A stretch of 64,000 bases of DNA from Callorhinchus milii (taxonomy: Eukaryota). The DNA lies in contig NW_024704742.1 in NCBI RefSeq assembly GCF_018977255.1, forward strand, positions 61,754,001-61,818,000, given 5' to 3'. The position numbers and the translations under genes are program-made. The notes beneath the pieces were generated by a model. The model saw nothing but the letters and a program-made list of their open reading frames with translations. It was not told the DNA's origin and ran no database searches. Below are positions 63,518 through 64,000 of the stretch, piece by piece (the stretch's first letter is position 1; every line of letters begins with the position of its first letter).

Positions 63518-63593
63518 CTGTAAAATTATGGTTCGCCATGCTGCTGGAAGAACATTCTTCATTCGTGACAGGGAAATCAGAAGAATAAGTGCT
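63518..63593 (-). CDS. CEP44: CEP44 internal exon
   Basis: Minus strand: acceptor ttttatctctag|, donor |gtaaat; 76 nt. Translates STYSSDFPVTNEECSSSSMANHNFT(D). The phase-1 end joins in frame to the next exon; sequence conservation is low. Confidence 0.75.
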
Positions 63594-63739
63594 CTAGAGA
63601 TAAAAATAAAATGATTCACTGTTGAAACATTTTTCTTCTTGTGGTTCACTTCTGCTTTCAAACTTTGTTGTAAAATAACTTCAAATTCATTTCAATTCTT
63701 TTTTCCTTTTGAATGGCTCAACTAATTACTTTGAAATAA

Positions 63740-63970
63740 GAACAGGAATAGACCATTTAATTCATCAAGTCTATTGACCATTTTATTACATCCTAGCTTT
63801 TGCATTTATGATCTTCTGCGCCAGTGCATTCCACATTTTCAAATCTTTTATGTAAAGAAACGTTTTTTGATCTCAATAAAGATACTTTTCAAATAAGAAA
63901 ACAGACTCCAGCATTTCCTTAAGTCATTAAAAAGAATTTCAACTTGCCTTTTTTGAACGGAGCATCAGCT
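63740..63970 (-). mobile_element. Old CR1 3' remnant
   Basis: gaacaggaatagaccatt...gcattccaca pattern. Confidence 0.5.
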
Positions 63971-64000
63971 CAGTTTCTAACAGAATAACACGGCTCATCA

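Noticed and set aside
1..64000. CRISPR-like or other regularly spaced repeat-spacer array
   Set aside because: The recurrent motifs are irregularly dispersed SINE/LINE tails, not a periodic array.

Overview
AT-rich vertebrate genomic DNA, most likely a cartilaginous fish (inferred from the DeuSINE/L2/CR1 repeat landscape and protein divergence). It holds the 3' ends of two convergent genes. On + are the last three coding exons of an HPGD-family (15-hydroxyprostaglandin dehydrogenase) gene: 8463-8539, 12688-12851, 17763-17889. On - are the last four coding exons of CEP44: 63593-63518, 61063-60933, 60236-60196, 59096-59048. The ~41 kb between them has no recognisable host gene. Nearly all ORFs in the track are decayed L2/CR1 ORF2 pieces, their antisense frames, SINEs or noise. 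Best leads: (1) the HPGD-family protein has Ala at the position of human Gln148 and Cys at the conserved SDR Arg; (2) a perfect 91-bp intronic inverted repeat with template-switch junctions; (3) an unclassified repeat family with a fixed hairpin-plus-A/T-run terminus; (4) a divergently oriented array of CTCF-like motifs between the genes; (5) a covarying 3' stem-loop shared by a SINE and two L2 families. I found no clear wholly new multi-gene system. Repeat boundaries are approximate, read by eye. Comparisons to human proteins and repeat consensi are from memory and need re-checking.
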